Assembly: GCA_026996855.1 (NCBI GenBank)
Contig: JALWJZ010000016.1
Coordinates: forward strand, 567-64,566
Length of the DNA stretch: 64,000 bases
DNA from: Anaerolineales bacterium
Lineage (GTDB): Bacteria; Chloroflexota; Anaerolineae; Anaerolineales; DRMV01
Direction: 5' to 3'
The position numbers were made by a program, and so were the translations under genes. The notes under the pieces are model-generated. The model was given only the letters and a program-made list of their open reading frames with translations. It was not told the DNA's origin and searched no databases. Shown in pieces: positions 9,776 through 18,837 of the stretch; position 1 is the first letter of the stretch, and every line of letters begins with the position of its first letter.

Positions 9776-11194
9776 TCACCACAACAACCACAAGCCGTGG
9801 ACTGTGAGCAGCAGGGCAAACAAGACGGTAACGATTTGCACGGCCCAGCGCAAGGCTCGGACCTCGTTGGCTGGCACTTGGTTCGCGGGATGGTGCCAGG
9901 CTTCCATGAGTAACGTGAGGCCCAGATAGGCGGCGGTGAGCTCGGAGCCGCCGTAGGCGGCAAAGGGGATGGGCATGCCGGTGAAAGGCAACAGGCGCAG
10001 GGTGCCGCCCACGACCAGGGCCGTTTGCAAGCCCCACCACCAGGCCAGGCCCCAGGCCGTGCCTCCGGCGACGGTGGAAGGGCCGGCCCGGAGGGCCACC
10101 ACGAAGGCCCAGTACACCACCAGCAGCAGGCCACCCAGGAGGACCGCCGCACCCATCCAGCCCCAGATTTCGGCCACCGCGGCGTAGAACATGTCGGAGT
10201 GCACCAGGGGCACCCGCTGCGGATGGGCCAGCGCGGGTCCGGTTCCCGTCCAGGCCCCGCGGCGCAGGGCTTTTGTCGCCTGGAGGATTTGATAACCCGC
10301 ACCCCAGGGGTCGGTTTGGGGCGCCAGCCAGGCCAGCAGCCGGGTCTGGACGCGAGGGAGACGCCAGGCCCAGGCCCCGCCCAAGACCAACAAAAGCCCC
10401 AGTCCGGGAAGCAGGTGTTTGCGGTACTCGGCGTATCGAGCGGTCATCGTTGCGGTCATCAACAGGAAGAGGGCCAGATTGCCCAGGTCGCCTTGCAAGA
10501 ACAGGAGTACCCCGGTCAGGGCCAGGCCGGCCCACCAAAGGCGGTGCCGATGCCGATAGACCCAGCGCCATCGTTCGTTTTTGGTCCAACGGGCGTGCTG
10601 TCCGAACGCACCATCCAGGCCGCTCCCCAGACCCCAGGCCAGGTAGCCCAGGGTGGTCACCTTGTGCCAGGCCGCGGGTTGGAAGTACACGCCGCAACAG
10701 CCCAGCCACAACCGTACCTGTTGTCCGCCAGGGTGCACTCCGATGGCCAGGGTAAGCGCCATGAGCCCACTGGTGAGCAAATACCCTCCGAGGAGTACCG
10801 GCGTACTGAAAAAGGACCTCTTCCAGGTCTTTCGAACCAACACCAGGCCGTACAGGCCCAACACGCCCAAGAGAAAAGCCAGGGCCTGGTGCAAGGCATA
10901 CCCCGGATGGATGAGGGCCAGGGTGTGCAGGCTCCACCCGGTGAGCAAGGTGGCCAGAGCCGTACCGGCCCAAAGGGTTTCGGGGAAGGCGCGATAAGCC
11001 AGGAGCATGTACACACCGTACCCCAGGCCCCATACCAGGGTGACCCCGTAGAAAATCGTATCCAGGTCGGGGCGGAGGCGGGCCAGTTTCCAAGCCAGCA
11101 CGGCCATGAGGAACAGAGGCACCGCCGCGGTCATCGGTGGCCCGCGGCGGTGCAGAAACGGTCGGGCCGGGTCCGAACCGAGGTCGGGGTTCAT
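9776..11194 (-). CDS. FtsW/RodA/SpoVE (SEDS) family peptidoglycan polymerase
   Basis: C-terminal SEDS signature PLVHSDMFYAAVAEIWG..LLPFTGMPIPFAAYGGSE. The ATG at 11194 forms an ATGA overlap with the upstream stop; 11134 is an alternative start. Confidence 0.8.
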   Translation of the reverse strand: MNPDLGSDPARPFLHRRGPPMTAAVPLFLMAVLAWKLARLRPDLDTIFYGVTLVWGLGYGVYMLLAYRAFPETLWAGTALATLLTGWSLHTLALIHPGYALHQALAFLLGVLGLYGLVLVRKTWKRSFFSTPVLLGGYLLTSGLMALTLAIGVHPGGQQVRLWLGCCGVYFQPAAWHKVTTLGYLAWGLGSGLDGAFGQHARWTKNERWRWVYRHRHRLWWAGLALTGVLLFLQGDLGNLALFLLMTATMTARYAEYRKHLLPGLGLLLVLGGAWAWRLPRVQTRLLAWLAPQTDPWGAGYQILQATKALRRGAWTGTGPALAHPQRVPLVHSDMFYAAVAEIWGWMGAAVLLGGLLLVVYWAFVVALRAGPSTVAGGTAWGLAWWWGLQTALVVGGTLRLLPFTGMPIPFAAYGGSELTAAYLGLTLLMEAWHHPANQVPANEVRALRWAVQIVTVLFALLLTVHGLWLLW

Positions 11195-12108
11195 ACCAAG
11201 GGCGCTCCGCAGCGATGGCAATAGTGGGCGTCCGGCAGGCTCCGGGCGTGGCAAACGGGACAGGCGCGGACCTTACCCGGGCGGCCGCGTTTTCTACCGC
11301 GGGTCGGTTGGGACCGTTCTTTCCACCATACCCAACCTGCCATGCCCAACACCAGCAGGCCCAGGCCCGTCAACACCCAGGGCAGGTAGGTGCTCCAGGC
11401 GGCCTTCCACCAACCCGTATCCGGTTTCGCTTCCGGGCCGGGTGGCGTCTGGCCCACTTTTTGTTGGGCTTCCAGGTGTTCCACGGTCAGGACCTCGTCG
11501 GGTTTGTGGTAGCGGATTTCCACTTGCAGGGGCGTGCCTTTGGGCAGAGACCCCAGGTCCTTCTCGTACATCTCCAGGCCGAAGTCCGTGGCCCCAATGG
11601 GTTCCAGGGGTGGATGCACCTGCAAGTCCGTTGCGTTCCAGGGTTTTTGCACGTGCACGATGAGCCGGTCCACTTCCAGGTCACCCGGCCATTCGTGGAC
11701 GAAGGAACGGAGCGTGCCCTCTTTTTCCAAAGCCGGGTCGTAGTATTCCACCTGTACATAGGGCTGCTCTACCTGAATGTGGAGCCAGGCCCAGGGACTG
11801 CCGGCATCGCCTTGATACTCGTAGGCTGCGTTGATGAGCGTTTCATCGGGGGAAGGGGCATGGGCCACCGCGTGGGGCCGTCCGGCCCGGGTGGGAATGC
11901 GTAGCGAAAGCCTCCCGGGCAGGGTCGCGTCCGGGGGCAGGGTGATGCGGTAGATGACCAGCATGGCCGGACGGTCGAACTCCGGCCAGAATTCCATGCG
12001 CAACAGCGCCACCCGTTCCAGGGGCGGTGTTTCTGCCCGGGGGAATAGGACCTGAGCGGCCCCTGTGAACAGGAGAAGCGCTGCCAGGCTCAAGAGAACA
12101 CGTTTCAT
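11191..12108 (-). CDS. signal-peptide protein with a single C-proximal TM helix and a cytoplasmic zinc ribbon
   Basis: MKRVLLSLAALLLFTGAAQ signal peptide, TM segment YLPWVLTGLGLLVLGMAGWVWW, and tail CPVCH..YCHRCG. ATGA overlap with the Nudix stop. Confidence 0.6.
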   Translation of the reverse strand: MKRVLLSLAALLLFTGAAQVLFPRAETPPLERVALLRMEFWPEFDRPAMLVIYRITLPPDATLPGRLSLRIPTRAGRPHAVAHAPSPDETLINAAYEYQGDAGSPWAWLHIQVEQPYVQVEYYDPALEKEGTLRSFVHEWPGDLEVDRLIVHVQKPWNATDLQVHPPLEPIGATDFGLEMYEKDLGSLPKGTPLQVEIRYHKPDEVLTVEHLEAQQKVGQTPPGPEAKPDTGWWKAAWSTYLPWVLTGLGLLVLGMAGWVWWKERSQPTRGRKRGRPGKVRACPVCHARSLPDAHYCHRCGAPLV

Positions 12109-12653
12109 GGCTTGGCCTCCAGGGTTTGGAGATAGGGAAAGGCCAGAAAAAGGGCTGCCAGGGTTTTGCCGTCCTGGATTTCCCCCTCGCGCACCATGTG
12201 CCACACCTGGGGCCAGGGCAAGGCCACGGGTTCGATGATTTCGTCCGAATCGTGTTCCAGCGGCGCGGGCTTGAGTTGTTGGGCCAGATAAGCGACAATT
12301 TTCTCCGTGGTGTAGCCCGGTGCGGGGTAAAGGCTTCCCAAGAAGGCCCATTCCAGGGCCATGAAGCCAATTTCCTCTCGTAATTCCCGTTGGGCGCACA
12401 CCAGGGGGTTCTCCTCGGGTTCCAGGGTGCCGGCCGGAAGTTCCAGGAGGGTTTGATTCACTGCATAACGATACTGCCTGGTGAACCAGATGTTCCCCTT
12501 TTCGTCGATGGGCAAAATGAGCACCGCTCCCCGATGCTCCACGATATCCATGGTGGTTTCCCGGCCGTTGGGCAATCGGATGCGGTCCTGACGAAGCCGA
12601 AAAACTCGACCTTCAAAGAGCACCCGGCGTTCCAGTACATCCACCTGGGTCAT
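12105..12653 (-). CDS. NUDIX hydrolase (ADP-ribose pyrophosphatase-like)
   Basis: Nudix box GTLEPEENPLVCAQRELREEIGF. Confidence 0.85.
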   Translation of the reverse strand: MTQVDVLERRVLFEGRVFRLRQDRIRLPNGRETTMDIVEHRGAVLILPIDEKGNIWFTRQYRYAVNQTLLELPAGTLEPEENPLVCAQRELREEIGFMALEWAFLGSLYPAPGYTTEKIVAYLAQQLKPAPLEHDSDEIIEPVALPWPQVWHMVREGEIQDGKTLAALFLAFPYLQTLEAKP

Positions 12654-12716
12654 GGTTTTGCTCCTGGGGAAAGAAGGTCCGTCGCCGCCATGAGGGTCTG
12701 GTCGGGGTTCGAAGTG

Positions 12717-12725
12717 ATATTACCA
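12717..12725 (-). promoter_or_regulatory. candidate extended -10 (TGGTAATAT) for the Nudix/zinc-ribbon/SEDS operon
   Basis: The minus strand reads catGGTAATATcac about 65 nt upstream of ATG 12653. No good -35. Confidence 0.3.
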
Positions 12726-12877
12726 TGCTTTGGGGAAAGGGAAAAACCGGGTTGTCCTTGACGCATCGGTCCTCTGCCTGGACACGTACCTGGGATGCGG
12801 ATGCAAGGATGACCAAGATGACGTTGTCCCAGCGGGATGGCAATGAGAAAGGGCGGCTCAAACCGCCCTTTTTACGT

Positions 12878-12990
12878 CCGGTTCCAGGGGCCAGGTGGCA
12901 TGGGGCGTCACATACCGTACCTGCCGCATCCGGTATTCGTACACCGTGCCGTAGTAGGTGTGCACCCGGATGAGGTCGCCCCAGCGCGGT
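12878..12990 (-). pseudogene. orphan sortase-domain fragment (no start; homologous to 13664-13775 of the giant gene)
   Basis: Reverse translation gives RWGDLIRVHTYYGTVYEYRMRQVRYVTPHATWPLEPD, against RWGDIIRVHVYGTVYEYQVRQVRYVPPHATWPLEPI in the intact gene. Flanked by hairpins at 12851-12868 and 13000-13020. Confidence 0.7.
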
Positions 12991-13000
12991 ATCTAAAAAG

Positions 13001-13520
13001 GGGCGGCACAAAGCCGCCCCTTTGTGCTGCCACTTCACCTTCACCAGCACCATCCGCACCACGGTGTGGTTTTTGAAAACATCGGTGGCCTCGTCGTACG
13101 CACCTCAGGTGAGCAGGGTGGGCCAGGCGTAGCCGGAAAAGTAGCGGCTTTCATGGCCGCTACTTTTTCCCTATCAGCACCGCCCGCACCACCACGTGGT
13201 TCTTGAAACCGCCCGTGATTTCGTCGTACTGGCCGTAGGTGAGCAGGGTGGGCCAGGCGTAGCCGGAAAAGTAGCGGCTTTCATGGCCGCTACTTTTTCC
13301 CCATCAGCACCGCCCGCACCACCACGTGGTTCTTGAAACCGCCCGTGGCTTCGTCGTACTGGCCGTAGGTGAGCAGGGTGGGCCAGGCGTAGCCGGAAAA
13401 GTAGCAGCTTTCATGGCCGCTACTTTTTCCCCATCAGCACCGCCCGCACCACCACGTGGTTCTTGAAACCGCCCGTGGTTTCGTCGTACTGGCCGCAGGT
13501 GAGCAAACTGGGCCAGGTGT
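13001..13520 (-). repeat. four tandem 130-bp orphan modules, each the last 33 codons of the sortase domain plus stop plus terminator hairpin
   Basis: Exact 130-bp period: ggccaggcgt/ggccaggtgt at 13121, 13251, 13381 and 13511, then aaccaggtgt at 13641 in the intact gene. A fifth unit (13521-13650) is the real 3' end of the 13550-18673 gene. Confidence 0.9.
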
Positions 13521-13549
13521 AGCCGGAAAAGTAGCGGCTTTCATGGCCG

Positions 13550-16500
13550 CTACTTTTTCCCTATCAGCACCGCCCGCACCACCACGTGGTTTTTGAAACC
13601 GCCCGTGGCTTCGTCATATTGCCCACAGGTGAGCAAAGTCAACCAGGTGTAGCCGTCGTCTATCGGCTCCAGGGGCCAGGTGGCATGGGGCGGCACGTAG
13701 CGCACCTGCCGCACCTGGTACTCGTACACCGTGCCGTACACATGCACTCGGATGATGTCGCCCCAGCGCAGGGTGTGAATCTGCGCGAAGGGGCCGGGCA
13801 GGCCCGAAGGCAGCCAGTTGTGCGCGGTGAGCACGCTGTTCCCCTGCCAGCCGGGGAAGGCGGTGTTGGTCATCCAGGCCACATCGGTCAGCCAGGTGAG
13901 GTCCGCGGTGGGCTCGACACCCACGACTGGCGCCTCCACGCCCAGGCGGGGGATTTCCACCCACACCGGTCCCAGGTTCTGGTAAGGCAGCCGCGCCGGC
14001 GCGGCCGGGATGCGGGTCACCCGGCCCGGCGCGAAGCCCGTCTTGGGCAGGGGCGGCGGATAGGCCCGGGTGGGGTCGTCCGGCTCCGGCGTGGTGGGGT
14101 CGTCGGTGAGGGCAGGGGTGTCGTGGTCCACGTTGGCGTCGCCGGAGCCGACGGTGCCATCGCCGTTCTCGTCCCAATGGGCCAGGCCCTGGTTTTCCAC
14201 GTAGGCCGGTGCTCCCTCTACCTCGGTCTGGAAGGAGACGACCAGCGCATGGGCCGCGTCATGGGGATCGGTCACGCCCGGGTCCGGCGCGAGGTCGGCT
14301 TCTACTTCAATGTGTCCCGTCGTTGTATTGTAGGTGCAAACGTGCACCACGGTGGCGCCCTGCCCGGTGCAGGTCAAACTCCCGGGCACGTAGCGGGTGT
14401 TGGCCGGAATGGGGTCCGAAATCTGCACCCGCAAAGTTGTGGCGTTGCTGTTGTTCACCCATATCATTCGCCATATCAGCAGGGGCCAACCGTCATCGTC
14501 CACCGTTTTCCAACTCTCGGGTGGGTCGAAGAGGGTGGTTGCTTGAGCGGTCGCGTAATCGTCTTCGCGTGGGTCCCAGTTTCCCGGTGTGCTATCGGGG
14601 TCGGGTTGGTCGGCCGCGGTGATCTCGGCCACGTTGAGGTGCTCCCCGGCCCGGACCGTGGCCTGGAAGGTCAGGGCAACGCTTTCCCCGGGGTTCAGTC
14701 GGTCCACGGTCCAGCGCAGAATGGGCGCGGCGCTCTCGTCGGGGGTGATGACCGCTCCGGTGCTGCCGGGGTCGCCGCCGATGCTGCCGACGACGTAGGT
14801 GTAACCGTTGGGCAGGCGGTCCTCCACCTGCACCTGGGTGGCGTCGGAAGGCCCGTCGTTGCGCAGGGTGAGGGTGAACGTCACGGTGTCGCCGGGCTCC
14901 GCGGTGGTGGGCGTCACGCGCTTGGTCAGGCTCAGGTCCGCGCTCTGGGCCACCGCGGTGTCTTCGCTGGCGGTGTTGTTGTCCGTGTTCGGGTCGGGGG
15001 TGGTGGCGCTGACCTGGGCGGTGTTGGTCAGGGTGCCGGTGGCGCTGCTGCTCACCTGCACGGTGACCTGGCAACTGGCATGGGCGCCGTTCGCCAGGCT
15101 GCCCACGTTCCAGGTCCAGGTGGCGCCGCTCACGGAGCCACCGCAGGTGTCGCTCTGGTAAGAGACGTCCGCGGGCAGGGTGTCGGTGACGGTAACGCTG
15201 CTGGCATCGCTGGGGCCGTGGTTGGTCACGGTGAGGGCGTAGGTGAGGGTGCTGCCGGCGGTCACGGGGTCGGGGCTATCGGTTTTGGAAATGCTCAGGT
15301 CCGCGGCGGCCTGAATGGTGAGGACGTAGTCCTCCACTTCCCCATCTCGCATGGCCCCTGTGGGAGCCGAAGCGTTCAAGTTGGGGTCGGTGGAAAGGCG
15401 CAGGCGCAGGTAGGTATCGCCGGCCACCAGGCCGGAAAGGCCGCTCCAGGTCAGGGTCACGGTGCCCGCGGTGCCGTTGGGCACGGTCTGGCTCGCGGCC
15501 TCGGCGGGCTCGAAGGTGCCGTCCCGGTCGAAGTCCACCCAGCCCACCAGGGTGGCGTCCCGGCCCGTGTTGTTGGTGACCTGCACATCCAGGCTGTAGG
15601 AGGTCATGCCCTGGTGCAGGGGCGGCAGGGTGCTCACGCCGTCTTCGTCGTCGATGCCCGTTCGGTCGTCGCCGTCCGCGTTGGGGCCGTGGAGCGCGGG
15701 GTTTTCGCTGTCGGGCGGCGCGGCGCCCAGGTGCAGACCGCCCACCACGCCGTGGGCCGGATCGCCATAGCCCGCGGGCGCGTCGCCCCGGTCGCTGGTG
15801 ACCGCAATGTTGGGCCCGAACTCCGAAGTATTGCCGTCCGCGTCGGTGGCCGTGGTGGTGATTTCATCACCCAGACTCAGACCGCTCACGCCGGTAATGG
15901 TGCAGGCGAAGGCCCCGTTGGTCCCCAGAGTCACCGTGCAGGAACCCAGGTACTCGGCGCCCTCGCCGTGGGGCACGCGCTGGCCGTCCCCGGCTTCCAC
16001 CTCGCCGTCTTGGTTCGCGGGGTCGTTGTCGGCCTTGAAGACCTCGAGGGTGAAGGTGCCGCTGAGCCATTGGGCGGCCCGGTTGCTGCCGATGTAGCCC
16101 CACAGGTGCAGATCGGTGCCCACCAGGACCGCAGAGGTTAGGATGGGGTAATCCACCCCCCGGTTGCCCAGGTCGGGGTCCAGCGCGCCGTCGTTGGCCG
16201 TGACTCCGTCCCCCGGAGGTGCACTGGGGCTGCGGTTGGCCAGGTCGATACCCAGGTGGGCGTTGTCGTACACATGGTTTTGAGTCAGGGTGTTGCCGTG
16301 GGCGGCACGGTCTTCGGTGTTCACATAGATGCCCACGGTATTTCCGTACACCAGGTTCTTGCGCACGGTCACGCCCGAGGCGCCCTTGCGAATCATGATG
16401 CCGGCCAGGGCCGCGCCGTAACTGGTATTGTTCTCGATGAGGGTGTTGGTGGGCGGCTGGCCCGCGGAGCGGGAACCCACCTCGATGTTGCTTCCGCCCC

Positions 16501-18673
16501 CGTCGAAACCGCCATCGGTGGTTTGGTTGTACACCAGGTTGTAGCGCACCACGGAGTTGACGCCGTCCATATCGATGCCGTCGTGGGAGTCGGAGCGCCA
16601 GCCGTTGTGGGCCACCTCGTTGTATTCCACCAGCAGGGCGCTGTTGTTGAGGATGCCCAGGATGCCGCTGCGTCCGTTGTAGGCCACCAGGTTGTAGCGG
16701 GCAATCAGGTTGTACCGGCCCACGGGCGGCGGCGAAGAAGGTGAACGTTGCCGGATGCCGAAGTCCTGATTCTTCAACGCGTCGGGGGTGGGTGCGGTGC
16801 CGTCGGCCCGAGGCCCGACAAAGGTGTGTTCCACCACCCGGTCGGTGCCCGAACCGCCGTTGAAGGTGAGCGCGTCGTCCGCGTTGTACACGCTCAGGTG
16901 GCGGAGCACCACGCGAGAGGCGTTCCCGGCCACGGTGAAGGGGTCGCTGTCGTTGGCGTTGATTTCCAACTCTTTGCGCTGGAATTGGGGGAAGGGGACG
17001 GCATCCACGCCCACGGTGCCGCCGCTGCCCACCTGACCGGGGTTGGTGTCGCGCGTGGTGGTGCCATCGTCGTATTCGTAGGCGGTGCCGTCCACGGTGG
17101 TGTCGTGGTCCAGGATGACGGGCAGGCCACCGAGTTGCAGGTCCACCCGCCACCAGGCCCCGCCGCTGCCGCCGGCGTTGGTGCTCACCGTGGGCACGAA
17201 GTGCATGGCGTTGGCCCCGGCGATGGCGTTGGCGTTCTGGACGAACTGGCGCAGGCAGCCCTGGCAGGTGCGATCCGCAGCGGGGTCGTCGTCCCGGTCG
17301 TTCACGTTGGTCACCACGTTGAAGGAGAAACCGAAGTCCAGGCCGCTCACATCGGCGCTGGAAACCACCACCTTGGCGATGTGCTCCGCGCTTTCCAGGG
17401 TGGTGGCATCGTCGGAGGTGCTCCCCCGGCGCCCTCCCATGCAAGGCCCGGCCGAGGTGCGCACGTAAGGGTCGCCCGCACCCAACAGGCCGTCGGGGTT
17501 GGCGCAGTAGGCCCCCGCGGGACCGTAGGTTTGCTCGGCCCACACGTCACCCTGGTCGTAGCCGGTGTTGAAGCCGGCGTTGGGGGCGATGGTTTTGGAA
17601 TCCACCACCAGCCAGTAGGTGGCATTGGGGGCCGCGCCCAGGGCGAAAGAGCCGTCGCTGCCCGTCGTGGTCTGCGCGTGCAGCGGGTCCCCCGCGTCGG
17701 GCTGGCCGTCGCCGTCGTCCTGGAACAGAAGCACCTGCACATTGGGACGACCGATGCCATCGCCCAGGTTCCCATCGCCGTTGGGGTCTTCGTACACCCG
17801 GCCCTGCAGGGCAACCGGCTCGAAGTTGTACAGCACGTCATCCGTGGGACCAAAGGCGATGCGGAGACCGTCCACGAACATGCGCACGTCGCCGTTCCAG
17901 CCGGAGCCCACACCGACTTCCACACCCAGAACATAGGTCCGGCCCTGGCTCAAATCGGGAGGCGTGGGATCGCCCGGCAGGCCCGTTACGGGCCCGGACA
18001 GCCATTCCGGCAGGCTCGTATCGTAGTTCTGGACCGCGCCGGAGGCCGTCCCCGGGCCGGGGTCGCAATCCATGCAATACATCCAGAAATCGGCCTGGCG
18101 CAAATCGATGGTGCGTTGCACCCATACGTCTTCGGGAATGGGGGTAAAGGTGCCCCAATCTTGATAGACCTCTTCGTAAATCAAAAGGCCATAGGTGTCG
18201 TCTTGGGGGTTCGTGGGCGTGTTGCCGTCGTTGTACCAATACAGTTTGAGGGGTGGGTGAAAATGGGAAGCCACCGTGGTGCCGGCCGAGGCGCGGTAGT
18301 ACGCGTAGGCCAGGTGGCTCAGGGTATCCAGCCGCCGACCGGGGAAGTCCACCCCAGGCGTGCCGGGATCTTCCCAAATCAGGCGGAAATCCACCTTGTC
18401 CTGGCCGGGCGTGGTGAAATGCGTGACGAATTCCAGGGAACCCAAAGCGGGTGAAAGGGCGGTGTAGGGCGTGGCCCCGGAAAGGAAGGAGTCGGAATCG
18501 GCCCGTTTGTTGGCCTGGGTCCAGCCATGAGGGTTCGAGGGCGACACCACAATTTGTGTAGGGGCGGAAGCGGGGCGCAGAGGCGGTGTTGGGGCGCTTG
18601 AAACCAGAACGCTTGCGACGCCCAACCACCAGGCTCCAAGGCCCAGCCAGAGCAAAACCGCACGTTTTGCCAT
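13550..18673 (-). CDS. giant secreted surface protein: signal peptide, SdrD/Cna-B-like, parallel beta-helix (PbH1), GEVED, two DUF11 repeats, LPKTG, C-terminal sortase domain
   Basis: MAKRAVLLWLGLGAWWLGVASVLV signal peptide, NLVAYNG..YNEVAHNG..YNLVYNQ..NLVYGNT beta-helix repeats, MRDGEVEDYVL, and DLSISKTDSPDPV../DLSLTKRVTP.. DUF11 repeats. SD is GAGGAGGAGGG. Confidence 0.9.
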   Translation of the reverse strand: MAKRAVLLWLGLGAWWLGVASVLVSSAPTPPLRPASAPTQIVVSPSNPHGWTQANKRADSDSFLSGATPYTALSPALGSLEFVTHFTTPGQDKVDFRLIWEDPGTPGVDFPGRRLDTLSHLAYAYYRASAGTTVASHFHPPLKLYWYNDGNTPTNPQDDTYGLLIYEEVYQDWGTFTPIPEDVWVQRTIDLRQADFWMYCMDCDPGPGTASGAVQNYDTSLPEWLSGPVTGLPGDPTPPDLSQGRTYVLGVEVGVGSGWNGDVRMFVDGLRIAFGPTDDVLYNFEPVALQGRVYEDPNGDGNLGDGIGRPNVQVLLFQDDGDGQPDAGDPLHAQTTTGSDGSFALGAAPNATYWLVVDSKTIAPNAGFNTGYDQGDVWAEQTYGPAGAYCANPDGLLGAGDPYVRTSAGPCMGGRRGSTSDDATTLESAEHIAKVVVSSADVSGLDFGFSFNVVTNVNDRDDDPAADRTCQGCLRQFVQNANAIAGANAMHFVPTVSTNAGGSGGAWWRVDLQLGGLPVILDHDTTVDGTAYEYDDGTTTRDTNPGQVGSGGTVGVDAVPFPQFQRKELEINANDSDPFTVAGNASRVVLRHLSVYNADDALTFNGGSGTDRVVEHTFVGPRADGTAPTPDALKNQDFGIRQRSPSSPPPVGRYNLIARYNLVAYNGRSGILGILNNSALLVEYNEVAHNGWRSDSHDGIDMDGVNSVVRYNLVYNQTTDGGFDGGGSNIEVGSRSAGQPPTNTLIENNTSYGAALAGIMIRKGASGVTVRKNLVYGNTVGIYVNTEDRAAHGNTLTQNHVYDNAHLGIDLANRSPSAPPGDGVTANDGALDPDLGNRGVDYPILTSAVLVGTDLHLWGYIGSNRAAQWLSGTFTLEVFKADNDPANQDGEVEAGDGQRVPHGEGAEYLGSCTVTLGTNGAFACTITGVSGLSLGDEITTTATDADGNTSEFGPNIAVTSDRGDAPAGYGDPAHGVVGGLHLGAAPPDSENPALHGPNADGDDRTGIDDEDGVSTLPPLHQGMTSYSLDVQVTNNTGRDATLVGWVDFDRDGTFEPAEAASQTVPNGTAGTVTLTWSGLSGLVAGDTYLRLRLSTDPNLNASAPTGAMRDGEVEDYVLTIQAAADLSISKTDSPDPVTAGSTLTYALTVTNHGPSDASSVTVTDTLPADVSYQSDTCGGSVSGATWTWNVGSLANGAHASCQVTVQVSSSATGTLTNTAQVSATTPDPNTDNNTASEDTAVAQSADLSLTKRVTPTTAEPGDTVTFTLTLRNDGPSDATQVQVEDRLPNGYTYVVGSIGGDPGSTGAVITPDESAAPILRWTVDRLNPGESVALTFQATVRAGEHLNVAEITAADQPDPDSTPGNWDPREDDYATAQATTLFDPPESWKTVDDDGWPLLIWRMIWVNNSNATTLRVQISDPIPANTRYVPGSLTCTGQGATVVHVCTYNTTTGHIEVEADLAPDPGVTDPHDAAHALVVSFQTEVEGAPAYVENQGLAHWDENGDGTVGSGDANVDHDTPALTDDPTTPEPDDPTRAYPPPLPKTGFAPGRVTRIPAAPARLPYQNLGPVWVEIPRLGVEAPVVGVEPTADLTWLTDVAWMTNTAFPGWQGNSVLTAHNWLPSGLPGPFAQIHTLRWGDIIRVHVYGTVYEYQVRQVRYVPPHATWPLEPIDDGYTWLTLLTCGQYDEATGGFKNHVVVRAVLIGKK
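13553..14035 (-). other. sortase catalytic domain (in cis, last 161 aa of the giant protein)
   Basis: His in NSVLTAHN, TLxTC-type Cys in WLTLLTC (codon 13625-13627), Arg in HVVVRAV. No hydrophobic anchor between LPKTG and the domain. Confidence 0.8.
14036..14050 (-). other. LPXTG sorting motif (LPKTG) inside the giant ORF
   Basis: Reverse strand ctg ccc aag acg ggc, in the context PPLPKTGFAPGRV. Confidence 0.85.
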
Positions 18674-18780
18674 ACGAAACCCTCCTCCTCAGGCATAGGT
18701 TCTTGCGTTCCCAGAAATCCCGGCGCCTATGTTGTCATCCGATTTCGTCGTCTTCGTTTTGCGATGAGTGATGAGATACA

Positions 18781-18795
18781 CATGAAAGTTTCATG
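18781..18795. promoter_or_regulatory. perfect 7-1-7 palindrome catgaaa-g-tttcatg, candidate operator in the giant-gene 5' leader
   Basis: Lies in a local AT-rich island just downstream of the candidate -10. Confidence 0.3.
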
Positions 18796-18808
18796 AAAAC
18801 CTAAGAGA

Positions 18809-18837
18809 ATTGTACTAAGTTAGTGAAATTTTGCTAA
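18809..18837 (-). promoter_or_regulatory. candidate sigma70-type promoter of the giant surface-protein gene
   Basis: The minus strand reads TTAGCA - 17 nt - TACAAT, about 130 nt upstream of ATG 18673. Confidence 0.4.

Noticed and set aside
12878-13650. Diversity-generating retroelement (template/variable repeat) as an explanation for the repeated 3' ends, prompted by the Avd-like gene at 59.6 kb.
   Set aside because: There is no reverse transcriptase in the window. The Avd-like gene is 46 kb away. Differences between copies are not adenine-specific (for example ttg/ccc, act/agt, gcc/acc, tgt/tgc/tac/tga).
13586-18454. Very long ORFs antisense to the giant gene (13586-16141, 16748-18454, 15867-17543 and others), with similar ones opposite lon, ilvB, ilvD, feoB, hemA and the DAO/Memo genes (for example 44557-46842, 42320-44632, 35657-36844).
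   Set aside because: Their translations are low-complexity and Arg/Gly/Pro/His-rich, with no recognisable motifs. They overlap genes with clear family signatures. This is the typical stop-codon depletion of off-frames in high-GC DNA.
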